The position numbers and the translations under genes were made by a program. A DNA stretch of 64,000 nt from Amoebophrya sp. A120 (taxonomy: Eukaryota > Protista > Dinoflagellata): contig CAJINV010000027.1 of NCBI GenBank assembly GCA_905178155.1, forward strand, positions 185,697 through 249,696. Reading direction: 5' to 3'. Shown here piece by piece: positions 38,501 through 51,000 of this stretch; position 1 is the stretch's first letter, and every line of letters begins with the position of its first letter. The notes beneath the pieces are model-generated. The model was not told the origin of the DNA. It searched no databases and worked only from the letters and a program-made list of their open reading frames with translations.

Positions 38501-39550
38501 ATTTCGGGGCCGTTCCTTGCCCGGAACCACGGCGGCCTACGGTCGGGGGAGTGTGCCAGATTTCGGGGTCCTTCCTTGCCCGGAGCCGCGGCGGCCTGCG
38601 GTCGGGGGAATGTGCCAGATTTGGGCGCCCCTCCTTGCCCGGAACCACGGCGGCACACGGTCGGGGGAATGTGCCAGATTTGGGGGCATTTCCTTGCCCG
38701 GAACCACGGCGGCCTGCGGTCGGGGGCATGTGCCAGATTTCGGGGCACCTCTCCTTGCCCGGACCCACGGCGGCCTGCGGTCGGGGGCATGTGCCAGGTT
38801 TGGGCGCCTCTCCTTGCCTGGAGCCGTAGCGGCCTGCGGCCGGGGGAAAGTGCCAGACCTGGGCACCTCTCCGTGGCCGGAGCCGCGATGGCACGCGGTC
38901 GGAGGAGTGTGAGTGCCAGGGCTCTTGCTGAAATCTCGCACGGAACAAAGAAAGAGTTTTTTTGCTGCATAAGACGATGAAGATGCTGATATTCCGGAAC
39001 GACGCAAGGGTCAGTATCTTATTGGGAAATTCTTCATAAGGACCGCACTCTCTTGCATTACAAGCGAGTTTGTCATGCGTGGCAAGCTTTTCCAAACGTG
39101 CGCGTCGAAATTTCAACTCGATGTCAGTACGGTTTGCATCTGAAAGTATTTTTTGTGTCACCTTCTTCGTTTTCCACTCTAGCGAACCTAGCATGACAAC
39201 TTCGCGCGTCTACAGCAACATGCGGTAAGGGATGAAATTTCCTTCCTCATAGAAGGCTGGACGTGATCATGAACAAATGCACGCGGATACGGAAGTGGAA
39301 AATCTAGGTTTTCGTCCCTTTAACGAGATTGTTGAAATCGACGCGTACGTGCGCTTGTGATGCAAAAAATTCAAAGAGCATAATACCTCCAAAAATCTAT
39401 TGCACTTTACGCATGTTGAGAAGTAGTTGGCTTCATTTGCATTGTCTAACATTTTGTCATGCTAAGCACGACAGGGTTGCAGCGTCGCACCACATTGGTT
39501 TCACGACAGCCAGTGAAGGGACAGTTTTCCGCGGGATGGCCGAAATTTAA
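35596..39550 (+). CDS. Hypothetical protein, tentative multi-exon model
   Basis: Short exons join in frame across elements 35830-37444, 37467-37675, 37760-38040 and 38113-38971 (…EQSQVTSPVGRRTSVIRPTQYGVG…GTGFNTTISERDFDNFNLSDDEAK…). The ends and the last junctions are uncertain. Confidence 0.4.
35883..37226. repeat. Tandem array, 124-bp unit, about 11 copies, with an about 70-bp hairpin per unit, inside introner 35830-37444
   Basis: aacagg at 35884, 36008, 36132, 36256. Arms cccaggctctattttacggcattgaactttccc / gagaaagttcaaggccgtaaattagagcctggg (33 bp, 3 mismatches). Confidence 0.96.
38198..38915. repeat. GC-rich tandem array, 59-60-bp unit, about 12 copies, inside decayed element 38113-38971
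   Basis: tgccagatttgggcacctctccttgcccggaaccacggcggcctgcggtcggggg recurs at 59-60-bp spacing. Confidence 0.95.
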
Positions 39551-39980
39551 TCGGTATCTCTGACAAAAAAACTAGCAAATCGCGTTTACACAATGCAAAA
39601 AATTAAACAGATACACAAAATGAAGATCTGTGTTGCATAATTACCTGAATAAACTGCATGGCATGAGCTCGCCCACTTTTGCATGAGACACATGTGATGG
39701 GCTAGCTCTTTTCTCTGGGATTTTAGGGTGGCGGTGCGCCTGCAGCGAGTGACGGATCGGGTGAAGGCGCAGTTATGGAGAACAAAAATCCTCAGTTTTG
39801 ACATGGAGGAACATTGAGCAGCATGAAAAGTTCTACCAAGTGAATAATTGTAAGCGCGACAACTGTGGTCATGGATTCGAGTCTCACCCCCCAGGAGGGG
39901 GTTGAAGCTTTGTAGTTCTGCGATGGTATTATAATATACGCAAATGTTTCTCTTCGTGCTGCAACTCAGGATTTTGCGAG

Positions 39981-41879
39981 CATAGAACCAAGCAGAAGCG
40001 AAGCGACAAGCATTTCAAGCGGTACTATCCCTGGTTAGTTCTTGATTATGGCATGGATTCAGCGATTCAAAAGTAGGCGATTCAAAAATTTCTTTTCAAC
40101 TAAAATGCATTTTGTTTTTCACTGCAAAAACGGTTCCGAATTCGGCACCAAACGGCGCGAATTCAGGTAGCGGCAGTAATGATAGCGGCGAGCTATGCAA
40201 TTGAAGCATCTAGGTCAGTCTCAACTTGAACTAGCTACGTGGATGCTCTTAAGCTGGTTGCTTTCTTGCCACAGAACAAAGAGGCGCAGCTGCCTTCCGC
40301 GCAGTTTTCGTCGTGTGGTGGCAAATATTATGGAAGGGGCCACGAGCCTACCGGCGAAGAAAATGCGGCTGCTTTCGCTCCCAGTCCCGCAATATTTCAG
40401 CACTACCTTAGACCCCTGCTCTGCCTCTTCTCTTTGTTGCGGTCCGCGAAATGGTGCCCAAAATGCCTCTGGGAGGGGGGCGGCAGGATGGTCGCAGCCT
40501 GAGCTAAGAGCCCTGTGGCCTGCTAAGGCTATAGCCTTAAGCACAGCGGCAACGCTTGAAGACGTGGCGCCACAAGGTTGAAAACAAAACTGAAGAGCAC
40601 CGGGGCCCCGAGCTATCCAGGCGCCCGGCGCTGTCAGTGCAGAGCCTTGGCATTTTTCGAATACGCCAACGAACACGCGGCAAGGGCCCGGGCTGTCGTG
40701 GGCAGCCGCTTTACCGCAACCCCCGGCGCCCTTCGGTATCTTTGTGGCCCTTTCCGAAGGTATCTGCGAGAGGCCGGGAGGCGTATGCCAACATCGGCAT
40801 CAATGAAAAAACTCCGCTAGCTTCCGCGGTGGTGGCCTCTGGTTCTCGTTTTCTCTTCGGCAAGATGTTCGGCTTTATTCGGCAACAAAATGGGGCGCCG
40901 CCTGAATTTCTTTAAGCATTGCAGCTGCCCATCACGCGCTGCGCCATTGCGAAAGCGCCAAAAAGTGCAGCAAAATTGCTGGACAGATGTATTTTTGGAG
41001 CATTTATCAATCGGGCAGTACTCAAAAGCTGGATTTTTGCAGGGAGCGATTCAAGTGAGGTCTTTTTTGGGCAAAACAAAGGTCCAAAGTGACCTCTATC
41101 TGGATCGAGCGCCAGGTCGTGATAGCGGCTCTCGATGGTTCCCAAGATAGAGGTCCGGATGGAGGCCCTCCATGAACGGAAACCACCGATACAGGTCGGG
41201 GAACCGAAAACGAACTCAATTTCACCGAATCGCTGGCGCCTTTTTTCAACATTTCTGCCCCCCCACCTTCACCGCCATGCGCTTCGCGCCCCTGTGGAGC
41301 GGCGCTCTACAGCCCGAACTGCTCGACCGTTAGCTCCGGGGCCGCCGCGATCCCCCGCGACCCTTTGCGCGCCTAGCTTGCCTCGCCCATGCACCTTCTC
41401 GAGCCACATGGGGCACACAGAAACGCCCAAACCATACTCGTGATTTACCTTCTAGCGGCCCCCCTTCGCGTGGTTGGCGCTCGAGCCCCGACGGCGTCGG
41501 CCGGTGCAATAGCGCACGAGACTGCCCCTCTTTGGGGGCTTTCCATGGGCGCATACCCTCCGACGCCGTAGCGGCCGTGGGGTTTAGAGCTTGCGCTCCT
41601 ATCCCAAGGCATTTTGGCCCGGGGTTTGCGTTTGCGGCTTCGTGGAAACAACAAAGCAGCCGCAGCCTGCGCTTGTTGTTTTGTTTGCTGGCAAAGCGGC
41701 CCGCATGATAGCAATGCGATCAGGCCGTGCTGGGGTGGGCCCAGGTCTCCCATGAGCGCAGGCCCAAAACCCTGCCCGACAAGCATTTCAAGCGGCAAGC
41801 GTTTCAAGCGGTAAGCGTTCCAAGCAGAAGCAAAGCGACAAGCATTTCAAGCGGTACTATCCGTGTTTAGTTCTTGATG
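39981..41879. mobile_element. Putative 1.9-kb mobile element bounded by about 59-bp direct repeats
   Basis: ccaagcagaagc(g/a)aagcgacaagcatttcaagcggtactatcc....ttagttcttgat at 39988-40046 and 41820-41878; cgag on both flanks; interior free of introners. Confidence 0.5.
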
Positions 41880-42006
41880 CGAGCTGTTGTATTTTGGATC
41901 TTTCATTCATCGGTACAGCGAGCACTTTTTCGAAAGCTGGCGTCCGGATGAAGCTCGCCTTTCGCCGCCGCGAAAAACAAGCCTCTGGGCTGCTTCAGAT
42001 TTGTAG

Positions 42007-45000
42007 TTCGTCGCGAAATGCAAGCTTCTGGACGGCAGCTTTTTTCTGGGTCCGCGCGCGGACACAGAAAAAAGACCCGTCAGAGAAGGACCAGGCGACA
42101 TCAAAAATTTTCCACAACAGCTTCCGGAACTGACCCGCGCCCGCCTGACGCAACTGTACGAGCAGTTTTATTTGAATGCAGAAGACGAAATTGAGGCGCT
42201 TGTTCGGTGTCTGGTAGAGCTGGGCATCGGCGGTCTGTTCATTTCCGAAACCGTGCGGCAACGGAAATTTATCGTGAGGAAAAATCCCCACTCCCCATAT
42301 TGAAAACGCACCCTCCTAAAAATTTGTGTTGCAGATTTGTGACGACAAATCCTGTTTGTCATGCAAGAAGGCAAATTTTGGCTGTCCGCCGCGTTATGTA
42401 GGCGATTTGTAATGCTGTAGGGCCTACAGGACAGACGTCTGCCATGCTAGGTGCCTACAGCTAGAGGCCCCTGTCTAGGCTTGCGATCTGCGTGCATTGC
42501 TCTACAGCAAGACAAATTTGATTTGTGTACAGGACTTCCGCATCACAGATTTCCGTTTTGATATGGGGAGGGCGGATTTTTCATTTGGATAAAGTTCGTC
42601 GAGAGTTTTCACCGAAAGCACTCTTCCTCCACGGCCAGCAAGCAGCAGCTATCAAATGCAAAAATGTCTGGGTCTGGAAACTTGTGATGCTGGGTGGCGT
42701 ATCATGATGAGGCCAGGCCATAAGTGCTGGCCCAGCATGACAAGTTTCTGAGCTTCTAGGTGTTGCCTATTCTGCATGACAAACTGCGTTCCTGCATGAC
42801 AGAAAAATGGAGCGCTTGGGTAACGTGCATGACAGATTCCAGAGTCATGCCAGACAAGCATGACAAACATGCAGTCTTCCAGACCCAGACATTTTTGCAC
42901 TTGATAGCAGCAAAACGCCCGCAATTCGGCGCTCAACGGAACGCAGTCACACCAAAGTCTCTATCCTGTGTAAAAGCAACAAAACCCCACAGTTATCATG
43001 CAGATTTGCATCGACAGGAACTTCTGTAATTTGCATTGCTATGGGAGACGTATTATTAGTCGCGTTTTACAGTTTTTTGTAATGCTGTAAACAGGATAGG
43101 AGGATGGGTTTGTGATGCGGTTGTCCTCGCTATTCGCTAAAAACCTGCACTACATTAATACAGGAAGAAACTTGTCATGCGTGACTCCAAAAAGTACTGC
43201 AGTCTGTGTTGCAAATTCCCCATCTTGAGTATGGGGTTGGGGACGTTTTTCCACGAGATAGCTTCGTTCCTACGACTTCTACAACTGGCAATGCCTCGTT
43301 CCGGCCAAGTACCAATCTCCCAAGGACAAACGTCGTCACCTTGGAGTGTTTCGGGACCGACTGCATTGCGGGTGCGCGGGATGCGCTCGCGGAGTTCCGG
43401 AAAGCCAGGGCGATTCAGCTGTTCTTCCGCGACCAAGGATCACGGCTGAAGGAGGATATCCTAAGCAAAAACGTCCTCACCCCATAGTCAAGATGGCAAA
43501 TCTGCTAGACAAATCAACCACATTTGGTTGCTGCGCATGACAAGATTGGCCACGTAGTGTAATCCTGTTTGACTAGCTCAGAAGCATGACAGATCTAGCA
43601 CATCATGCTTCTTCACGCACCACAAATCATTTCAAAACACGACGAGAGAATGCTTCTCATGGGTCTGCGCATGAGAAACATTTTAGTCATGCAGATTTGC
43701 ATGACAACTCTGGGGTGGGGACGTTTTTACACAGGGTAGAGGACGGGAAAGTTTTGCCAGCAAGGGATATCCTGTGTAAAAACGTCCCCACCCCAGAGTT
43801 GTCATGCAGATTTGCCATGACAGGAACATTTGTGATGCGCAACCCCATGACAGGCATTTTCAATTGTGTTTGGGAACTTGTAATGCCATAAACAGGATTA
43901 GCAGATCGATTTGTGATGCGGCTTTCCTTGCTTACTTGCACTACCATACGGACTGAAACTTGTCATGCGTGACTCACAAAACTCCTAGGTTTGTGTTGCA
44001 AAATCCCCATCCTGGCTCTGGTGTGGGTACGTTTTTACTCAGGATAAGGGAGGTTTTCCACTTGATGTCGCTCGACGCCCTCGTATCAACTGCAAATATG
44101 TCTGGGTCTGGAAAGATGCGGCGAATTTGTGATGCTGAGTCTTGCAAGGCAGAGCGAGGTTCTGTACGGCATTCACGGATCACAAATTTTTCGCCTGGTA
44201 ATGCGAGCTTTACCGTGTTTCGCATGACAAACTAGCTTCCAGCACGACAAAAAATCTGCTCCATCTTCGCATTCATGCATTACAGATCTCGCTGTCCTTC
44301 AAAATTCGCATGACAAATCCAGACACAGACATATTTGCAATGCATACCTCGGCTACAAGTACCACTTGCCCGCGGAGCGCGACTTGCTGGACATCTTGCG
44401 CTATCAAATGCAAAAATGTCTGGGTCTGGAAGGATGCGAACTTGTGATGCGTGTTGCGGATAATCCAAAAATCTGTGTTGCATGACTTGCAAAAGGTCCC
44501 CATTTCTAGCCATGCCTTGGGGTCATTTCTGATGCAGAATAGGCATCACTAAGGTGCTGCAGAACCTGCGATGCTAGGCCCTGCATTACAGACTTGGCGG
44601 AGCTTGGAAAAACTGCATGACAAATCTCGGAATTTTCCAGACCCAGACATTTTTACATTTGATATGCGCATGCACGTGCGGGAAGAGTACATTCGGGCGG
44701 AGAATAGTCCGCTGTCCGGATCCAGTGACGACGAGGATTCCGGATTTGGCGACGTCGATTTCGACGGCAACGAGCTGCTGTCATCCTCCATGGCGAGTTC
44801 CGCCGCAGATGCGGAGGAAATGAATACTACCATGCTGACGAAGCAAAGAACTACCGCCCGAGAAGCCAACTACGCATTTTCACCGTCAGCAGGTGGTGGT
44901 TTACTATCCGCCGAGCAAGCGTCAAATCAGCAGGCGCATCCGAATTCGAGTCCAGGCTCGCCGACAAGCAGAAAGACGATGAGGAAGACGCACGTGGCTG

Positions 45001-48000
45001 GAACGGCCGCCGCGGCTCAGCCCGTTGGAAGTAGGCACTCGGAGTACAATTTTACTTCGGATCGCCGCCATATGCTCTCCTGCAAACGTATCGTGCTAGT
45101 AGTATTATTGCATTACAAATTTATTGCTCAGCATTACAAATGAAATTTGTGATGCTGTTTTACCTTGGGATGGATGTTTGTCATGCATACCAGCAATTAC
45201 TACGAGTACGAATACTTTTGCAGTGCATACTCCAGTACCAGAAGCAAATTCGGCAGCGGACCTTCGACGTCGAACGAGATGGGACCTTGGACTTGATCGG
45301 CTTCCAGAATATCAAATGCAAAAGTGTCTGGGTCTGGAATGATGCAGATTTTTGTCATGCTGTTTTTCCATGACCCGGAAGGTCTGGCAAGCAAGGTCTC
45401 GCATTACAGGTTTTGAGAAGCTGCGTCGATGCCTAATCCGCATGACAAATCGCCTATTTTCTCGGTGACATAATGGGGAAAAACTCTTGCTGTCTATGTA
45501 TGAGAGATTTTTGTGTGTTGTGAGATGCGCATCACAAGTTCCGTCTTTCCAGACCCAGACATTTTTGCAGTTGATACAGAATTTCGTCGTGCAAGTGCTG
45601 GGTACGAGGATGTACATGTAGGACACAAGTTCTCGTCACTCGAAAAATTTGTCATGCGTGTTGGTGTTTGCAAGCTATATCGAACAAATAAAAAATACGG
45701 CTTTAACGCGCATGACAAACTGCGAGTCGTGACGGAAACAAATATGAAAATTTGTCCTGCGATACCAGAAAAAGCGAACATCGAAGCGATTTGGATGCGG
45801 AAGAAGATAGAGCAGGAGTACGTGCTGGAAGTATCAACTGCAAAAATGTCTGGGTCTGGAAACTTGTGATGCAAGAAAGGGAATAGTGAACTCACTATAA
45901 TGCGCTGCCAAGCATGGCAAGTTTTTTCCATGGCTCTGAGTTGCGTACTCCGCAGGAGAAACTGCGTTTTTGCATGACAGGGAGGAAGAGCTCTTCACGG
46001 CCATGCAACACAGAGTTCAGAGTCATGCCAGACAAGCATGACAAATCTCGCAATCTCCCAGACCCAGACATTTTTGCAATTGATAGGAAGTCGTCCCGTA
46101 CAACACGAGGAAATCCGTCTGCGCGGTGTCAAGAGCGGTTTCGATGCCCGTATCCTGTGCAAAAGTATCGTACTCGTATTGCAGTCATGCATTACAAATT
46201 ATTTTCTTAACGTAAATCCGCATTACAAATTTTATCTCTCATGCTGAGGAAATTTGTGATGCATTTATACGAGTACGATACTTGTGTAATGCATAGTCCG
46301 CATCCCCGCACAATATTACCCGCGGACCGCAACTGCAGCAATCCAGTAGCACGGGCGAGTTTGGGAGTACCGCGCAACAGGGGAGTATTGCTGGTGGGAT
46401 GCCAAGAAAGACTGCTTTCACAAACGCGGGCCAAAAAGTAGATGTCGATGGTTCCGGACAAAAACAACCTTCGACCGCTATTGCTCAAGCACCTTCCACC
46501 TCCCAATCCGCGAATCAGTCGGACCCAAGCAGCTTCGCGCCGTCCTCCACGGACTTCTTACTCACCTCCGAGCAATATGCATTGCAAATATGCCTGGGTC
46601 TGGAAGAATGCAAGTTTGTCATGCTTGTCTGGCATGAGTCTTAAATCTGTGTTGCGGGAGGAGGAAAAGGACCCCTTGCCTGCCAGGCAAAAACGCAGTT
46701 TGCCATGCGGAAAACGAAACACATAGCGCGTCATAAACTTGTCATGCTTGGCGGCGCATTGCAGTGCGCCGGCCATTCACAGATTTGCATCACAAGTTTC
46801 CAGACCCAGACATTTTTGCATACGATAAGCAAAGCGGAGCAGAGCAGGAAGCGACAGGAGGTGGAACAATGATCGGGGAAAATAGAAAGAATGTCCATTC
46901 TCACGTTGAGAGTAACAAGAAGCAGCATGATCTTCAAGCCGAGGAAACTAGTGCTTCTGTTGCGGATCCTACTGCAATCAAATCCGCTACCTCGTCTGCT
47001 ACGCGGTATCAAAAGGAAAAATCCCCCCTCCCCATATCGAAAAGGAAATCTGTGATGCTAGATTTGCGTACACAAATCAGATTTGTATTGCAGTAGAGAA
47101 CTGCACCCATATGCTAACCCTGGGCAGCCGCGAGGTTTTTTATACATAGGCGCCTACCATTACAAATGTCCACGCTGTAGGCCCAACAGCATCACAAACC
47201 ACGTGCATAATGCGGCGCCGCCCGTGGATTTGCCTTCTTGCAAGACGGAGACGATTTGTGGTCACAAATCAGCATTGCAGATTTTCTGTGGCGTCCTTTT
47301 CGATATAGGGAGGAGGGATGTTTCGTTACGATACACGGCGAACCATGTTCACGAACAGACGGAACGGTAGAGACACGATGGTCTTCTCACCGGCGCTATC
47401 AAGTGTAAAAATGTCTGGGTCTGGAAGATTCTGAGATCTGTCATGCACATTTTGCATGAGCCATGATGTCTGTGATGCATGCCCTAGCATCACGGATTTT
47501 TTGAGGGCTTCTTGATGCCTATTCCGCATGACAAATGCCCTCTCCGCGTAGCAAGCATTGCGCTCCCTTTGCTGCTCATGCAATACAGATTTTTTTGGAA
47601 TCCAAATGCAGCATCACAAGTTACATTCTTCCAGACCCAGACATCTTTACATTTGATAGGCGCCAACCAACCACGGAAGCGGTGGCAATATCAAGCCCGG
47701 GAAGATGACGTCGTATCAAGAAGAAAAATCCCCCCTCCCCATATCAAAATGGAAATCTGTGATGCAGATTTGCAGTCACAAATCAGCTTTGTCATGCTAG
47801 AAGGGAAAAGATGCGGACTGTAGTGCTGGGTGGCGTGGGGAAGCCTTGCATCTTCAGCATGACAGGAGGCAACTGGAAGTGGGAAACAGCATGACAAATT
47901 GCCTGCAAACGAGGCCACAACTGCGGCTCTTGGCCTTCTAGCATTACAAGTCGATTTGTGTACTCAAATACAGCATCACAAATTTCGTTTTCGATATGGG

Positions 48001-51000
48001 GTGGGGAGATTTTTCCATTTGATACGTCGGCGGCCAAAACTCCCCACTCTGTCCCTCCGAAAATCCAATCACCCGGCAGTGGTGGTGCAGTATCAGGAGA
48101 AAATGGAGCTGCAATAAAGGAATTGAGTTTAATCACCTCCCCAACCGCGAGTGGTCCCGCGGACCCGTTTCCCAGCCCGAAACACTTCACCTCAATCCTC
48201 CCCGAAACCACCGCCGCACGGCGCCTTTCGGCCGAGCGGATGCGGAAGAACATGAGTGCAGCTATGGGCGGAAATAATAGTACTACACACACGACGACGT
48301 CAGGTGGACACCAGCTTTTGATGCACAGTAGCAGCAAGGAGCGCCGGACGCGATCGAACAGTAAGGACAGTGTAGATCCGTTGAAATCGCTCATTCTCGC
48401 GGTGCCGATGGACTTGCAGAAGCAAAGCACCCTACCAGCGTCGTTTCAACGCGGAAATCATGTGGGACAACAGCAGCAAAATCCTGCTCTTTTACCGCAA
48501 AATAATAAACACTCTGCACACAACACCAACCCTCCAAGGATGAGTTCGCAGCAACCGCAAAGCCCGACGACCAGGCGGCAGTCCATGCTAGTGAGCCAAA
48601 ACAGTGCGGGCGGGGTATCAAAAGGAAAAACCCCCCCTCCCCATATCGAAAACGTATCCGTCTGAAAATTTGTGATGCGCGTTTGTGACCTCAAATCCTG
48701 TCTGTCTTGCAAGAAGGCAAGTCCAGAAAGCGTTCCGCATTTTTCAGGCGGTTTGTGATGCTGTTTGGCTCAGGGCATACACGTTTGTCATGCTAGGCGC
48801 CTACGTCACACCTCTCGGCTGAGGCTTGACATATGCGTGCATTCCTCTACTGCAAGACAAATCTGATCTGTGTAGGGAGATCCAGCATCAGAAACTTCGT
48901 TTCGATATGGGGAGGGGGCATTTTTCCTCATGATACGGGGGCGGAATAAACTACCGGGCTTCTTCCGTCTCGCCGAAAAAGATGAACCAGCGTATAACCT
49001 GCTCAGCTGTTACAATCTCAAACGTTACAATAGAATCTGAGATTTGTCTTGCATGAGGAGCATGACAGACTCGCCGAGAGTTCTACTTTCTGCAATACAA
49101 ATTTCGCCAGTTTGTAGTGGGGTTTGGGGCTCCGGAACTTGTCATGCGCAATCCTATGAGAGTTGGCTAGATCATGCACTCTTGCATCACAGATTTCATT
49201 ATTCTATTGTAACGTTTGAGATTGTAACACCTGAGCGGGTCATACAACGACGACTCTCCCTTGCGGTGCAGCCGACGGTGGCACCAGAGGGGACGAGACT
49301 AGGAGGGAATACTATCCAAGAAAAAAAAGTTGTTAGTGTAAATTTGTAATGCGCAACACGCAAGATGATTGCGTCTGTCATGCTTGGCATGCGTCATAGG
49401 GTCCATTAAGGGGCGTTTTCCCGTACTATCTGCGCATGACAGGTTTTTGCTGTCATGCCAGACAAATTTGTAATGCTGTTCCTCCAAAAAAGTTACACCT
49501 ACAATGTTTTTTTCTTGGATAAATACAGTAGCAGGCGCGCTTGCGAATAGGCTGGAGTTGAACCATAATAATAAACCCGATAATTTTGTTGCAGCTTTGA
49601 AACCTACTTCTCTTTTCACCCGGACCGACAGCACGGGCGACAGTGGAAGTACTAGTAACGCCGCAACAGCAGGACTGAAATTATCCGGGAGTAAACAAAC
49701 CCCAGCGCCGTTGATACTGTCTTCCCCTGCGGCGAACGGGTCCGGTATCAAAATGAAAAATCCTCCCTCCCCATATCAAAACGTAATTTCTGATGCTGGA
49801 TTTGTGTACACAAATGCGCTTTGTGTTGCAGGGAGGCATTGCGGCCAGATATGCAGCCTAGGCAGAGGCGTCTGGGTCTAGTTGTTCAGCATTGCAAACG
49901 GCTCCCCTTTAGGCCCACCAGCATGACAAACCGCGTCCATAATGGGGCGGAAGCTTCTGCATTTGGCTTCTTGCAAGACAAATGCGATTTTTGGCCACAA
50001 ATCAGCAACACAAATTTTCGGAAACATATCTTTTCAATATGGGGAGGGGGGATTTTTCCTCACAATATCAGGAGCGTGGTCAACATCACCCGCGAGGAAT
50101 ACGAAGAAATCGGAAGCGCCTGCGGTAGTATCCTCTCCACACCAACCGAGGACGCCGAAGCACCGTGCTACGGCGGTGGCGCAGCCGGTGAAGATTGGGG
50201 CGCAACAGATGACCAGCACTGCAGCCGGAAATTCTCCTTCGCCAACAGCGAGAAACACGAAAGCCGACGGGGCCCAAAAGAGCAATAGCAAGCCGATGAA
50301 AAATAGCAATACAAAGTCCGCTTCTAAGATCATTCTGAGCAGGGAAGAGTCTTCATCCGACGACTTTTTCGGGTCGTCTACTTCGGATTCCGGATCTATG
50401 AAACGCAATTATGTTTTTGTTCTCGGCGGCCCTGCGTTCCCAACTTGTCATGCGAATAAATGTGCTTTATTTCGATTTGGGCATAGTATGCGAAACAGGC
50501 AAGGCCGGTGACAGGAGGGCAATACTTCGGATCATTTTTCGTGCCAAATTTGCCTGCTTCGTTGAGCCGTTCACATGGCAGATTGGGACAAGATGAAAGA
50601 ACCGAGCAAGAAGTGATACAAGAACTTGCGTTCTTGCATACTGTCCGAAGTGACGCGTATGCATTGCAAAAGTATCGTACTCGTATAAATGCATTACAAA
50701 TTTCCTCAGCATGAGAAATGAAATTTGTAATGCGAATCTACCTAAAGAAAAAGATTTGTACATGCATGACTGCATGCAATGTGAGTACGATAGTTTTGCA
50801 CAGGATAACGCGGATTGTGAACCAAATGATGCTGTTTGAAAAGGAAGGAGACGGTGAGAAAGAAGAGCAGAATAGTGGTGGAAACATAAAAACGAAGCAA
50901 GAATCAGAGATGACTGCAGGAGGAATGAAGACAAATGCGCCATTCATGTCAAACAAAGACACAGTACCGGCCACCACCGATGCTTCCTCTTCCTCCCAAG

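Noticed and set aside
38086-39194. Pro/Arg/Gly-rich ORFs of 218-359 aa on both strands
   Set aside because: Products of the 59-bp GC-rich array.
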